Counted from the stretch's first letter, positions 8,029 through 20,800 are shown. The stretch: DNA of 64,000 bases from Candidatus Omnitrophota bacterium (GCA_016201795.1 JACQCF010000010.1:79095-143094); one strand, 5' to 3'. Notes: generated from the letters alone by a model not told the origin. A program made the numbers and translations.

Positions 8029-8311
8029 AATCGTAGTCCTTTTTACCGTCTAAAATATCAAATAACTCCTCAAGATTTTTAGTTTTTGTGACCCGTCCGG
8101 CTTTAATGTCTTCCTCCGCTTCTTTTTCGCCTTTTTGCCATTCTGGCGTGAAGAAATAAGCTTGATCTTTGGGAATGGAGACATGAGGTTTTAAATAAAT
8201 GCCGTTGTGAACAATTTGCACATCCAAATAATCATTTTTGTGTAAATGAAGATTCTTGACCACTTCTTTTGGAATAGCAATTTGGTAATTAGCGCCAAGT
8301 TTTCTAAGCAT
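8018..8311 (-). CDS. AbrB/MazE/SpoVT-family antitoxin (start reassigned to ATG 8311; track ORF extends to TTG 8335)
   Basis: N-terminus MLRKLGANYQIAIPKEVVKNL fits the SpoVT/AbrB swapped-hairpin fold motif. AGGAGG lies 9 nt upstream of ATG 8311. The TTG at 8335 overlaps the predicted -10 box, so it is unlikely to be the start. Confidence 0.6.
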   Translation of the reverse strand: MLRKLGANYQIAIPKEVVKNLHLHKNDYLDVQIVHNGIYLKPHVSIPKDQAYFFTPEWQKGEKEAEEDIKAGRVTKTKNLEELFDILDGKKDYDFDH

Positions 8312-8334
8312 GTTGATCATCCTCCTTTGATTCA

Positions 8335-8362
8335 ACTATATCATAAAATATGGAAATGTCAA
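8335..8362 (-). promoter_or_regulatory. Promoter for antitoxin-toxin operon (TTGACA-16-TATAGT on minus strand)
   Basis: Minus-strand TTGACA corresponds to + strand 8357-8362, and TATAGT to + strand 8335-8340. Followed by AAGGAGG and ATG 8311. Confidence 0.5.
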
Positions 8363-8545
8363 ATTCATATTTTAGTATTTTAGTATATTAACAGTATGGC
8401 GATATGCCATAAAGCGCTATGCCTCAAGCGGGATATCCAAAATTTATGATATCTGTCTATATTATAATTTCCATTATGGAAATATATGTATGTAAGTTTC
8501 CAGTCTGGAAATAAGTTGAATATTCATGATTTTCTCCAAATGAAT

Positions 8546-8660
8546 CCCCTCCCCCTGTGTGGGGAGGGTAAGGGAGGGGGCATAAAAGCGATAATCTCCG
8601 TCGATCCCCCTCCCCTAACCCCTCCCACCAAGACCCGCCGTAGGCGGGTCAAGGGAGGGG
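8546..8660. promoter_or_regulatory. GC-rich nested-palindrome island with G-quadruplex-type G-tract (+ strand) and C-tract (G4 on - strand) motifs, in an AT-rich intergenic region upstream of the giant gene
   Basis: GGGGAGGGTAAGGGAGGGGG at 8561-8580, four G-tracts with loops of 1-3 nt. Near-complementary CCCCCTCCCCTAACCCCTCCC at 8605-8625. Hairpin GACCCGCC-GTAG-GCGGGTC at 8631-8649. Outer arms CCCCTCCCCC (8546-8555) and AAGGGAGGGG (8651-8660). Confidence 0.5.
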
Positions 8661-8776
8661 AATAGTGTAGAAAAACGCACCTTTAAAAGAATTTCGAAAA
8701 AATATTCCAACAGCGACGTAACTTATTGAAAATAAACAATATAAATATTTAAAAGTATTTGAGAAAATTTGCTAAC

Positions 8777-8786
8777 TGTATATAAT
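8777..8786 (+). promoter_or_regulatory. Candidate extended -10 promoter (TGTATATAAT) for giant gene
   Basis: TGnTATAAT-like sequence 65 nt upstream of ATG 8851. No good -35. Only a weak ribosome-binding site before the ATG. Confidence 0.3.
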
Positions 8787-8850
8787 GTGTTATACTCTTC
8801 TTATACGACGAGAACTCGTTAAAATTAGAGCTTAACCAAGCTAATTCTTA

Positions 8851-11800
8851 ATGAATAAAAACGAAGAATTCAATCAAAAAACCCCCCAGGACGATGGTGG
8901 TTTTGCTTTTATTCCAGAGAATATAGATAAAAGCAAAAAATCAGATTTCCCCTCGTTGCAGCCTCCAGAAAGCATTTCCCCAGAGCAGGTTACGTCAATT
9001 AAACCGGAAATTCCTTTAGCCGACAAAAGGCCGTTTGTGAGCAATTTCAAACAATGGATCAGGACGGTCGCCATCGTGATTCTGGCGGTGTTTGTGCCGG
9101 ATCAGGTGAGCTGGGCATTTGGCTATAACCCAACGGTGCTGTATAAAAACCTGCCTATTGCCCAGGCGCCGTTGACTGGGGTAGGGGCGATCAATGATCA
9201 CCCCCAACAGGCAAGCGCCCAGGTTGCCGGTTCGGTGGAATACTTGCTCAAGCAGATCCAGGATAAAGACCGGCTGAGGGTACAATTAAATTTGGATAAT
9301 CAGCCGGTCAGTCAATGGTCAATGGTCAATGGTCAAAATATTCTACCATCCACTATTCACCCTAAACCATTAACCGTTGACACCCGCACCACGTTTGATC
9401 AAAACAACATTGCCAAAATTACCCAGTGGCTCTCTGATCCCAATCTCAATGTTCTTAACTGCGGGGTGTATGCCCTGCAGGAAGTGCTGGCCAAGAAAGG
9501 TATCAACCGCTCCCTGGAAGAAATTTCCGTGCTGACGGTCTCCACGGATTTGCTGGCCAATATCATCAAGGTGGGCGAGCCCAAACTCAAGACCACGTTG
9601 TTTGCCATCAGCAAAGTCGGCTCCGCCCTGGGGCTTAATTACCAGGCGCTTAAAGTCGAGGCCAAAGAGGAGCTCAATTTACCCGCGCCTTTTATCGCCC
9701 ATTTAAACAGCGAGCATTTTGTGACGGTCAAAAAGGTCAGCGGGCACAAAGTCTTTATCGATGATCTTGGCCATCCGCAGATTGTTGAGCGCGCCGAGTT
9801 TGAGAAAAATTTAGACGGGTTTGTGTATACAGAAATTCCGTCAAGTGTCATTGCGAGCGAACACAGTGAGCGAAGCAATCTATTAGATTCTCATCAAAAG
9901 ATTGCTTCAGTCGCTACGCTCCTTCGCAATGACACAGCCATACAATACGAAATCGTCCCCGAAGCCATGCAAGCCTTTGTCTGGGGCGACAAGTGGCGCG
10001 ACAGGTCGCAGAACCTGCCGGGGTTGTTTAACGCCGAACAGTTTGCCATTACCCAACTCACCGCAATCGTGGGAGCCTTTTGCCCGGTATGCGGCCTGGC
10101 CATGACCGTTGGTTATCAAGCTGCCAACGGCGCATCCATGGAGCAAATTGGAATGACCATTGGTATCGCCGTGGCGATGATGGCCTTATCAGCAGCGGTC
10201 GGCGCGGCTAGCAACAGCGGCGGGTCTACTACAGATGCCGGAGGGACAACTGGCACTGGAACAACAGGCACCGAGGTCACGGGAACAACAGGCACCGAGG
10301 TCACGGGAACAACAGGTACGGAAGTCACCGCTGGAACAGGCACACCAGTCGGTACAGGAGTTGGCACTGCAACATCTACAACTCCCACCACTTTCGGGGG
10401 CCGGTTTTGGGGCAATTTTACAGGCAACTTTACTAAACCGGTTTTAAGCGTCGGAAATCTTACCATGAGCTTCGTCGGCATGGCCGCCAGCAGATTGGCG
10501 GGGGACATAGCTACGATTTGCGTGCTGGAGGGAGCCTGCGATCAGACCACCGGATTTATTTTAAGCACCGCGCTTTCGATTGGGTTAACCGTTGGGGTCG
10601 CGTCTGTCGCTAATTTCGGGAAAACTGCTCCTGTGGATGCCAGCAAAGATACACTGGCTAATGGCGGCACAGAATTTGACGCTCAGTACGTTCATGATGC
10701 TGTTGCCGGCGGCGCGAGCCCAGACGATGCCACCTTTTGGGCCTGGTTTGATGGAGCATCAGAAAAGCAAGCTATGTTAATTGGGACGGAAGTCGCCAAA
10801 TTTTCAGGAAGTTTCTCAAATTTCGCAACAGCTTTTGCCAAAGGTCTTGCCAAAGGCCTTGTTTTAGGCGCGGTCAAAGGCATTGTGTCATTGGAAGTCA
10901 CTCAGGCCGTCAACAGCGCCATCTGCCCTCATCAAAATAAATGCAGTGAAAGCGATAAAATTTTGTCGCAGACCCTGGGCACGCTTCTGTCTTCCGTGGC
11001 CTCCGATGTGGCGGTTGCCACGGTGAGGTATATCGGCGATAACATTTCTAAGGGAGCAGCCGGTTTCGGCAAAATGCCGGGAACCCAACCAGGAAAAACA
11101 GATGCTTTTATTGCTGCGGAAAATAAAGTCAAAGATATCAGCAATACGCAGGAGTATGAAACTGCAATGGAAAAGGCTGGGGATGATTGGTTCCGTCAAA
11201 GATACGATAAAGCCATTAAAAATGGCGAAGATCTTAGCAAAATAGATTTTGAGGGGGGCGTTCAACAAGCGGAACAACAGTGGAAGGCTTCCACCAATCA
11301 AGACAACTTTTTTAAGGGTGAACTCGGTTACATGGCAAACAATAACGGCAGCGAAGGCGAGTGGCATCCAGCCAACTTCTTTAAATATACGGGGGTGATT
11401 TTAAAAGCCGACCTTCCCTTTATCGCCGGTCAGCTCACCGGCGGGGCCCTGCGCCTGGCCGCGGCCCAGATGGGCATTAAAGCTGACAGCCAATTCTCCC
11501 AAGGTTTTGCCGCAGCCGGTAACCTCCTGAGCAGTGCAGCTATTCAGTATGGGTTTGACAAAACTTTCAGAGAGAGGCCTTTGCTTGACTTTGATAATGG
11601 AATGAAAGGGTTCAGCTCCAGCATCATAGGAGGTATGGTCATGCTGGGCGCTACCCAGGCGGTCATGTCCATGGGATTAATAGCTTTAGAAGGCGCCATC
11701 GTGGGCAAGGCCCCGGGCAGAAATGCTTCGGCCAGACAACTGCGCGATTATGAAAACAATTTGGCCGTATTTCGAACCACGTTTTTGATCGACACCAGTT

Positions 11801-14800
11801 TCTTAAGCGCCGGAGCGCTGGCATCCTTTGATAAAAATTTCACCGGTGATGCTTCGATAGATTCGGACAAGCAAAGAAACGCGATGCTTGAGGAAGGCAA
11901 GAATGTGCCCGACGGCCAAAACACCTTTGGTAATCGTTTGAATGCGGCCTGGTCTTTGCCGGGAAGCCCTATGTCCAATATGACGGACACCCTTTTTGGC
12001 GGCCCCTACTTGAAACAATATATTAAAACCGGCAGCTTCGGCGGGCTGCATAATTTCGACGCCTATTCCGGCGGGGTGCATGATTTTAATTCCTATTCCG
12101 ACACTCTTCAGCAGCTCAACGGCTACACGCCTGATAATGTGATTGCTGCCGACAATTTATGGAAGCAGATCAAGAAAGGCAATCAAGTTTCCAATTTGCC
12201 CACTGGCTTTACCAGTGTGGGCGGCTTGCTGGTGGCAGATCGTTTCAGCGTGCCGCAAAAACTTTCCAAAGAAGAGCTGCGCATGCAATGGCTTTTGCAA
12301 ATGTCAACTTCCGGGCTTTTATATAACGGGCTCATTCCGATCAGCACCATCAACAGCGTCATGCATCAAGCCGATATTTATGCGTTCAGGCTTGTGCCCG
12401 GCAGTTTCGCGCCCAACGAGCAAGTGCGCGACACTCTTGAGATGCTGGGCTTTGAAGTGCCGCGGCTGATGCAGCGCTACGGCGATGACGGCAAACTCAA
12501 TTATTATCTGGCCACGGGAAGTGTTACGACCAGCACCGGCAAACAGCTGCGCGGTCTGGGGCTTAATGATAAGCAGTATATTGTAGAAGGCAATAAATTA
12601 ACCATGCTTGCGCCGTTGGAGGAAGTAGCAGTTTCCGACGGCAAGATTTCCTCACCTTTAGGCATCACGGCATTAGACCGCGCCGCTGGTAAAACAATTA
12701 ACGTTGTTGGCCAAGATGACCAAGGAATAGAAAGCATCAATTATTCTTCTTCCGTGGATTCTAACGGCAACCGCCATGGGCAAATTCAAGAGACCAGAAT
12801 AGGGGCCAATGGAAGACTGCAAAATTCAACCATGGGTGGAGTTGAAGATGCGCATGGAAATATGTACGTTAGGAATTTTCAACCAGAAATTCGGGTTGGT
12901 AAAACTGATCAAGCAGAAATAGATAGAATTCAAACTGCATACAAAGAAGGTAAAATCACAGAGAAGGAAGCAAGGAGACTCGTCATAAATGCAATCACCG
13001 ATCCTGTGGCTGCGCAAATGCTGGCTGAAGGCATAAAATTCCTTGGCAATTCTGCTCCTCTTAGCCCTGCCAGCATGAACGGTTCCATCATTAATACTCA
13101 AGGCAAACCCATCGCTGCTTTGTATGGCGGCAGTCGAGACGAAAACTGGAGAGATACAACTACCGGGCCGTTACCTCTGGCGTTGACTCTTGTTTTAGGC
13201 AATGGCTTTAATCAAAACAGCAACGGCCAGGTTACCAGCCCGGAAAATGTCACGACCGTTATCCATGTTTCGGGAGGCCTTGATTTCAATCAAGCCATTT
13301 CAGGTAATTACGCAGGCGCTAATTCTGCCACGGACGTAGGGTTTACCAACATTAATAGCTTTGATCCCAAGACCGGTTTAGCCAAAGCGAACGGTTCATG
13401 GACAACGTACTGGGGTGGAGGGATAGTTCCGATGGTTGCTCAAGATCAGGGAGAGGGCCAAGAGCCATCGTCAATCACACAAGCCCGCATAGCCGCTGGT
13501 GGTTCCGTGGCCTGGCGGAAATTTTTAAAAGAAGGCCAGCCCGTTGAGACTCAGGGAACATTCCAACAAGCAGTGGTTGATCTAAGCCAGGGACAACCTA
13601 ATTATGTTATCAGCCGAGAAGGCAGCGTTGGAAAGTTTGTCAATTTCCAAAATGGAAAAGCGGAAATGTTTGATACAAATGGCGGCGGCATGGTTGGTTT
13701 TAATAGTTTTAACACGCCCAAGGAAATGGCTAACCCAGGACTGGTTATCACTAACAATGGAGTGATGGACAATATGGGCGTGTTTGGTTATAGAAAAGGA
13801 GAATGGGGTAATGCGCCCAATGGCAGACAATACTCAAATGCTTTTAAATCTTGGATTGTTTCAAGTGCCGGCATACGCAGCGAGGATTATGTATCTAATG
13901 ATTCTCAAAATCCCTCCTTACAAAAAACAGAAAAAGGGTCTGAATCAGAGTTTAGCCAGTCTAAACTGACAGATCCCTTGGGTAGTCTATTAGGCTACAC
14001 TTCAGTTTTAAATACAAGAGTAAAAGCAAAAGCAGACACCGACATTATCATGAAAGCCACAAGCCCGCTTACTTTTGCTGAAGCCTTGAGTTCAACGCCT
14101 CGATGGATGGGGGTCAGCGGAACCATGACAGTTTCAGGCGGCCAAGGCACCGAGACCATTACTCCCACCATAGGAAGTTTTGCCGTTACTTCTGGAATCA
14201 GCTTGCCTTCATTCCAAATGCAATCGTTCAACCTTGATACTAAAACAGTGACCGATAAAGTCAGCATTGATGTGAAAGACCAGGATGTTTCTAAATTGCC
14301 TATTGCATTGACTCTTCCTGATGGGGTCGCCTTTCCATTTTCTATTCCGATTAGTAATGGAGGTTCAGGCGAAGCCGGCCCGATGCCTGCGGCTTTAAAC
14401 TTTTCTAATGTCAACAGTTTAGTTTCCCCAGTTTCAGATGTTCCTATTTTCGGCACGTCCATGTATTGGGTGCGTACACCTGGTCCAAGAGCGGAATATA
14501 CGGCGGATACGAAGACCAATACAGTTACAGAAGAAGAAAAGCCGGCGGATGAAATTACAGGAATCAGACAGGGCTTTTTAGGATTTCAGGGTGACCTCGT
14601 TAATGGTAGTTTGCAAGATAATCCCACTAATATAAGAGTGCTGGTGGGGAATAATTTGGAAAAAGGATTTCAGATTTCTCAGACCAGCGAGCCTGTGCTT
14701 ATGGGAGAAGGTCCTTTGCCGGCTAGAACTTTTGAAACCAGAAATGAAACAAAAGCAGTCATGCCCGGCGGAAGTTTTGATGTTATCGATGGCCGGGTGA

Positions 14801-17800
14801 GGGTCAGCGACGGCAGTAAAGTGAGGGTCAATGAGAGTATAACCGGCACACAGCTTGGCTCCGGGGTCAGCTTAAGAGATGACATTTACGCGGCAGGAGA
14901 ACCTGCCTTCCGTGGGTTGATGGTTAATAATAAGTTCAACGCTAAAGGTGAGACGGATGTGTCAGTACTGGCGCCCATAGCGAATGAATCGAATCAATAT
15001 ATGAAAATCATTCAGCCATTGTCACCGCTGGAAGTTACGCTTTTTTCCACCCCGCGAGAGATTTCAGGAGGATTATATATTCCTGAGGGGCTTGATATTG
15101 CTGTAGGCGGCCACATTGATCAGCCGGATTACGGCTTCACAGTTAATTTACAAGAATTTGAGAGATCTCCTTCTGGATTGCTGTCAGAAAGTTTTATATT
15201 GGGGCAAGGTCGTTATTTGAATGGATCCCCTGCTGATGTAAAAAGTAAAATCAGTGACAGTGTAGATAGTCAAAAAACTTCCAACGATATTCCTTCACTT
15301 GCTCATGCGGGTGTTGCTGAAATGATTCCTTATGGAGACAAAGCCATCTATACAGCAAATGATCAAGTAGCAGAAAAATTTGTAGCTAAGGTAGAGAATC
15401 ACGAAATAGCTCCGGACACAGCGGGAGGCGAAAAGGACATTGCCAAAGATCAGAAGACCGTAGAAGCTGTCGCTCAAAGCAAAAAATCATATTTAGCTTT
15501 TAACATGAATGCCGATGGGACCTTAACACACAATATCAGTGGTAATCAGGTATTGGTGTTTGATGGGATTACCAAAACAAATCCTTTAAGCAGGAACATG
15601 GACGTAGATACTCAGCTTAAAGATGATAAAGGTAACCCCGAAGGTGTTTATCACTTAGCCAGAGAAGGAGAATTGGCTCTTGGGAATGAAGCTGACCATA
15701 GATTAGTAGGGATGGTGCGTGAGGATAACGGGGGGTATCATTTCTTCGGTACAGACAACTTGGTTTATAAGATCGATAGTCAAAAAGGATGGGGATCTTT
15801 TGCTATAGATGCTGCTCAAAGCCCACAACTATTAGCTGCTATTAACGCCTCAAGAAAGAATCTAGGATTGCCACCTTTAACAGAGAAGATTGTGCGCGGC
15901 CAGATTAATGAAAATAATGCGATTTCTCTTAAATCCAATCCAAATATCAATGGAGGGTTTGACGGTAATATCGATATTTATGGTAATTATTCTCCCGCCT
16001 CCACTGAATCTCTGACCGATGTTAAAGGAAAAATAACCACTTATGATCAAAATGGAAAGAATCCCTTGGATGCATCCATAGGTGGCAAAGGATGGAATTA
16101 TGCTGTTGGTGATGGGAGATGGATTGCTGAAGGTCATCAAGATAATCGGGGACGCCTATGGGGGTATGATTTTACAAATGGTCAAATGTATGTACCAACT
16201 TCTCCGGGAGTATTAGCCAAAATTGATATGGCCCAGCTGAGGGCAGCTGATTCCGATGATGGTTCTAAAATATCTAAGCAAGTGCAAAAACAAAGAACTG
16301 AGGATTGGCTAGATAAAAACTATGGCAATAAAGCTGGCATATATGATGGCCATGGATACATTCCTATGGGTATAATTCAAGACGGCAAGAAAATGAGGCT
16401 GGCTATAGTAAGTAACTATAAAGGGCTTGAGCACATGAACGTCTGGAGTGATGTTGAGAGGGCAGGTTTAGCAACAGGATTTGTTGACTATGTAGAAGTG
16501 GAAATCAACGATAAGACCAAAGAATATTTACAACCTTATTTTTCACAAATAGAAACAGCTGCAGTTGCAAACTCGCTTCAAAACAACAGCTCCTTGCTGT
16601 ATCAGGAATTAAATAAAGCGGGTTACCGTAATATTCTTATGCCGGATGAAATTAATAGTAATACGGTTTCCGTCAAAGGGGTCAGTGAGGATGGAACAAA
16701 ATTGACTGTCACAATGTTAGGCAAAGATATGGAGATTCCTATCAATGAAGGAAATAAAGGACTTTTAACCATCGTTCCTAAGAACAATACTACAAATGTT
16801 GTTGAGAATCAAAAGATGGCAGAAAGCGCGCGCGCTGTTTTACCGAAACAAGGAAACGACTTTCAACAAAAGATGACAGCCTTAGGAGTTAATAAAGACA
16901 ATGTTCATATCGGTTTAGGTTCTGGAAAATCCATCGTCCTAATTGATCAAGGCAACGGCGTGTTTTCTTCCACCGCGGATGCTGAAGGCTCATCCATTGT
17001 AACGGCAGGGAATGTGAATGGTTTAAATGTGCGTAGAACGGCCAGAGAGATTATGGGAAGTGAATACGGTCTGCCTAAAATTAATGTCCCTGATGGAGAG
17101 GATATTTATCTTGTTGCCAATTCAAAGCGATCTAGGGAAGTTGTGAACGCATGGCAAACGGAAATGAATAAAGGTCAGAATAATTTTGTTTTTGCGGTCA
17201 TGGAAGATGGGCGCTCAATATATGTACCTGTTGACGCAATAAAGTCAGTTGGAGCAGGCCGCATATGGTGGTATGGGGAAGACAGCATTAAGCCCGTTTC
17301 TTATTGGGATGGAAAATCCTGGGTTATAGGATTGGTTAAAAAGGAATACTTACCCACCGAAAAACCTAAGTCAATTTCAAACAATCCAGGAGAAGATCCT
17401 GAAATACGAGGAAGATTGAATTCTTTCAAGGTTCGTGCTTATCGGGGTCAAGGCTTGTTTAATTTAGCCAGCAATGATGGCTGGATTTCTATGAATGGAA
17501 AATCTGCCAGCATAGACGGCAACGACCTGCAGAATCAATTCGGCTATATGATAGTGCCTGATTTTCGTGTTTCCGGTTCACAAATGCTGCACAATTCTTT
17601 GAGACCCGATTATGCAGGTTTAGTCCAACGCAATAGGGCTACTGAAATGGAAGGGGCCATCGATGCGGCCTTGGCCGCACCGATAGTTTTAGACGTTGCT
17701 TTGGGAACGCATGGAGTTTTGTCTTCCAGCATTAGAAGTACCGGACTAATGGCAAGAGCAGCCATGGAAGGTGGTCATTTATGGGGACGAAGTGAAGCTA

Positions 17801-20800
17801 TAAATTATTTTGTCGGAAGGGCCTCCTCGGCTTTTGTTCAACAAGTAGCTGACAGGTATGTTTTGAATCGTGTCGCCACATTTGCTGCCGGTAATGTGGC
17901 TTTAGGAAACACATTAAATTTTATGGCCAATGGAAAGCTTTTATCAGGCGATGAGAATCTTAAAGCCGCATTGTTTGGGGCTTTAGTTTCCCGTAATGGC
18001 CTATTTACCCTGCCAGGCAAAGGAGAGTGGGGAACTTTTGGCAAAGAATTATTATATAAAGGCCCTTTCAGTAAGGCCTGGTATAACCCTGCTAAATGGG
18101 GAGCAGCGACGGTTTATTTAGGCATTCCTAATACATTTTCTTTGGTCTCAGGAAACGGACTTCTTCCTCTTAATACTAACATAGCCTTAAGCATGGTTGC
18201 CTTAAGTGCTCCCTTATCAAAGAATTTTACTGCTGCCGGAAAGAATCTGACAGGGATCGCCGGAATACAAAATCATATATACACCCAAGCTTTATTGTGG
18301 GGTCGTGTTGAGGCTGGTGTGGATATTTCCATGAAGGCTTTACAAGGCACGTCAACGAGCTATTACGATGTAGGAGCGTCTTTTGCGACGGGATCTTTGA
18401 AAGGTATGGCTTTTGGTGGTTTAATTGGCACAGCTGCTGAATTGACTTCCTCCGCCCAAGCAGCAGAAAAATTAAACAGACTTAATGGATATGTCCAAAA
18501 TCCAGTGATACGATCTGTCGGGGGAGTGGCAGCAGTACCAACAGTATCCTTCTTATTAAAAACATTAGATGGCAAGGGAACATTTAGGGAAAACCTCAGT
18601 CAAAGTTTCTCATTGGAAAACATGGTTGCCGGAGCCATTATTGGTGGTTTTGCTTCACCTTCCGCGATGAAAATGAATGCATTGTCCCGAACTCTTTATG
18701 GAGCGGGCGTCGGCAGTGCCGCTAAAGTAGCTCATGATTATATTGAAACTAAAAGTCAGGGACGAGATTATTTTACTGGTAGAGGAGGGAAATTTGTTGC
18801 CAGTACAGTGAGTGGGGCTGCCTTAGGTGCTTTGACAGCAGGATTCGCGGGAGGCAATAAAGATATTGTGGGAACATTGAAAGGATTTAAAGAACCATCC
18901 AGGTTATTAGAAGCTTCCGCTCAAGGCGCCAGAACATGGGTCGGTGTTTCGCCGGCATTTACCGTTGGTGGAGCGTTATGGGGAGGATATTTCAATCGCC
19001 TTGAACAATGGATAGACCACGGCGATATGACTGGAACACCTTGGATGCCTGTCCAGGTTGGCCTGGACGAAAGAGATAATCCTATTCAAAAGGAGCTGTT
19101 TAGTAAGAAAGGAATGAAAGTTTTAATTGAAGGAGCTATTCAAGGACCTAAATCTGGTCTGTGGATGGGTCCCGGCTTAAGCATCATCCAGGTTAAAGGA
19201 TCAAAAGTTCCTGAATCCGGCACATTGGGCAGAGCAGTTTATCGTCTTCAGAGACCATTTACGACAGGAAATGGTGCTGAACTTACCAATGGCACTTTGA
19301 ATCGCGCTTGGAGCAATTTTGTTTATATGCCAGGCGTGGTCACGGGCATAAAGGATGTATCGAACTATTTAGCTAATGAAGGGAAATACTCTCTAACTTC
19401 TTTAGCCAATACCATTGATGGCGCAACAGCAGAACAAAGACCAGATTACAAAGTACTTAGCCCTACTGAATTATCTTATGCGGGTTGGACAGGCATGGTG
19501 ACTGTCCCTTCTTATGGTAGCAGAATGGATTATTTGGCCAAAGATTGGGGCGATGCCATGGCCAAGAATGATTATGTACAAGCCGCCAAAATAGTCGAAC
19601 AGATGAAACAAATAGATCCAAATAGCACACTGGTTCCTCAGATGCTTGCCCAGGCTAAGATGGGAAGTTTAAATCAGCTGAGGGCAAGGCAGCAGGGCTT
19701 GGACAAACCCTCCGTTGAATTGGCAGGACAAATCGGTAAGGCTCAAGGAGAAATCGATCAGCTTGTAAAACAAGGGTTGGCCTCCAACGATTCCGCAACT
19801 CGCGAAACTTTTCAGAAACTAAGCAATAATATCGAAGCTAGTCGACAAGCGGATATGGCAGATATTGTCTTACGCTCTGGATCAGAAGTAAAAGACCATG
19901 CAGAGAACCTTTATAGTCGAGCCAGAGAAATAGATCCGGATAACGCTCGAGGTTATTATTTGCGTGAAGCACGCACACGTGCGATGGAATATACACCTGC
20001 TGTAGGTGGAGAAGTTGTGACGAAGGCTGTGTTAGAACAACGTTCACAGCAGGATGCCAAGGTAGATGCTCTGTTGAACAAAGCAGATGCGTTAGCTAAG
20101 GGAGACGAAGCAGCCCAGCAGAGTATCAATGAGATTCGTCAAAACATTTCCGGCTGGCGTGAATATGAAAAATCAATGGACCATAAAGCTAAAGGGGAAA
20201 TTAGAGAAAGTTTTGCGGCTCTCGATCGTGCACATCAAGCAGATCCCGGAAACGGGTTTTATAAACACCGTTTGGCGTATGAACAGCAGCAGTTGCTGGA
20301 AGATAATTTGGGCAAAACGGAAGCAGATTTTAAAGCCATGGATGAATTATATCAGAAAGCTGCGGGGAACATTGCAGAAGCCATCACTCTTTATGAAAAA
20401 GCAGGCCGTCCTGATTTGGTTAAAGAAGCTCAAGCCCTACAGACAGGATTAAAAGTAGGGGACTTAAGCCGTCAGGCAGGACGGTTGTTTATGGAAAATA
20501 AATTTGCTGAGGCACAGGCCAAGATGGAGGAAGCGATTGGTATAAATGCTAAGGATCCGCAGCTACATTTTCAGCTAGCCAATATCCTTAAAGCCAAAGG
20601 GGCAGATGAGGCAACCGTTATTAAAGCCCTTGAGACCTCCAGTGTTTTGTATGCCGATCAGGGCAATGTCGGGATGGTGCATGCAATCATCCAGACCATT
20701 AAAACTTTACAAGGCAAAGTACTAGGAAGGGCTACTTTGGAAAAACCAGCGGCTGCCCAAAAAGTAGCTATCGAGACCACCGGTCCTCCTACTGAGCCAT

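Noticed and set aside
8311-8335. TTG 8335 as antitoxin start (as in ORF track)
   Set aside because: That codon overlaps the predicted -10 hexamer (TATAGT, + strand 8335-8340). ATG 8311 has an AGGAGG at ideal spacing and yields the canonical AbrB/MazE N-terminus.
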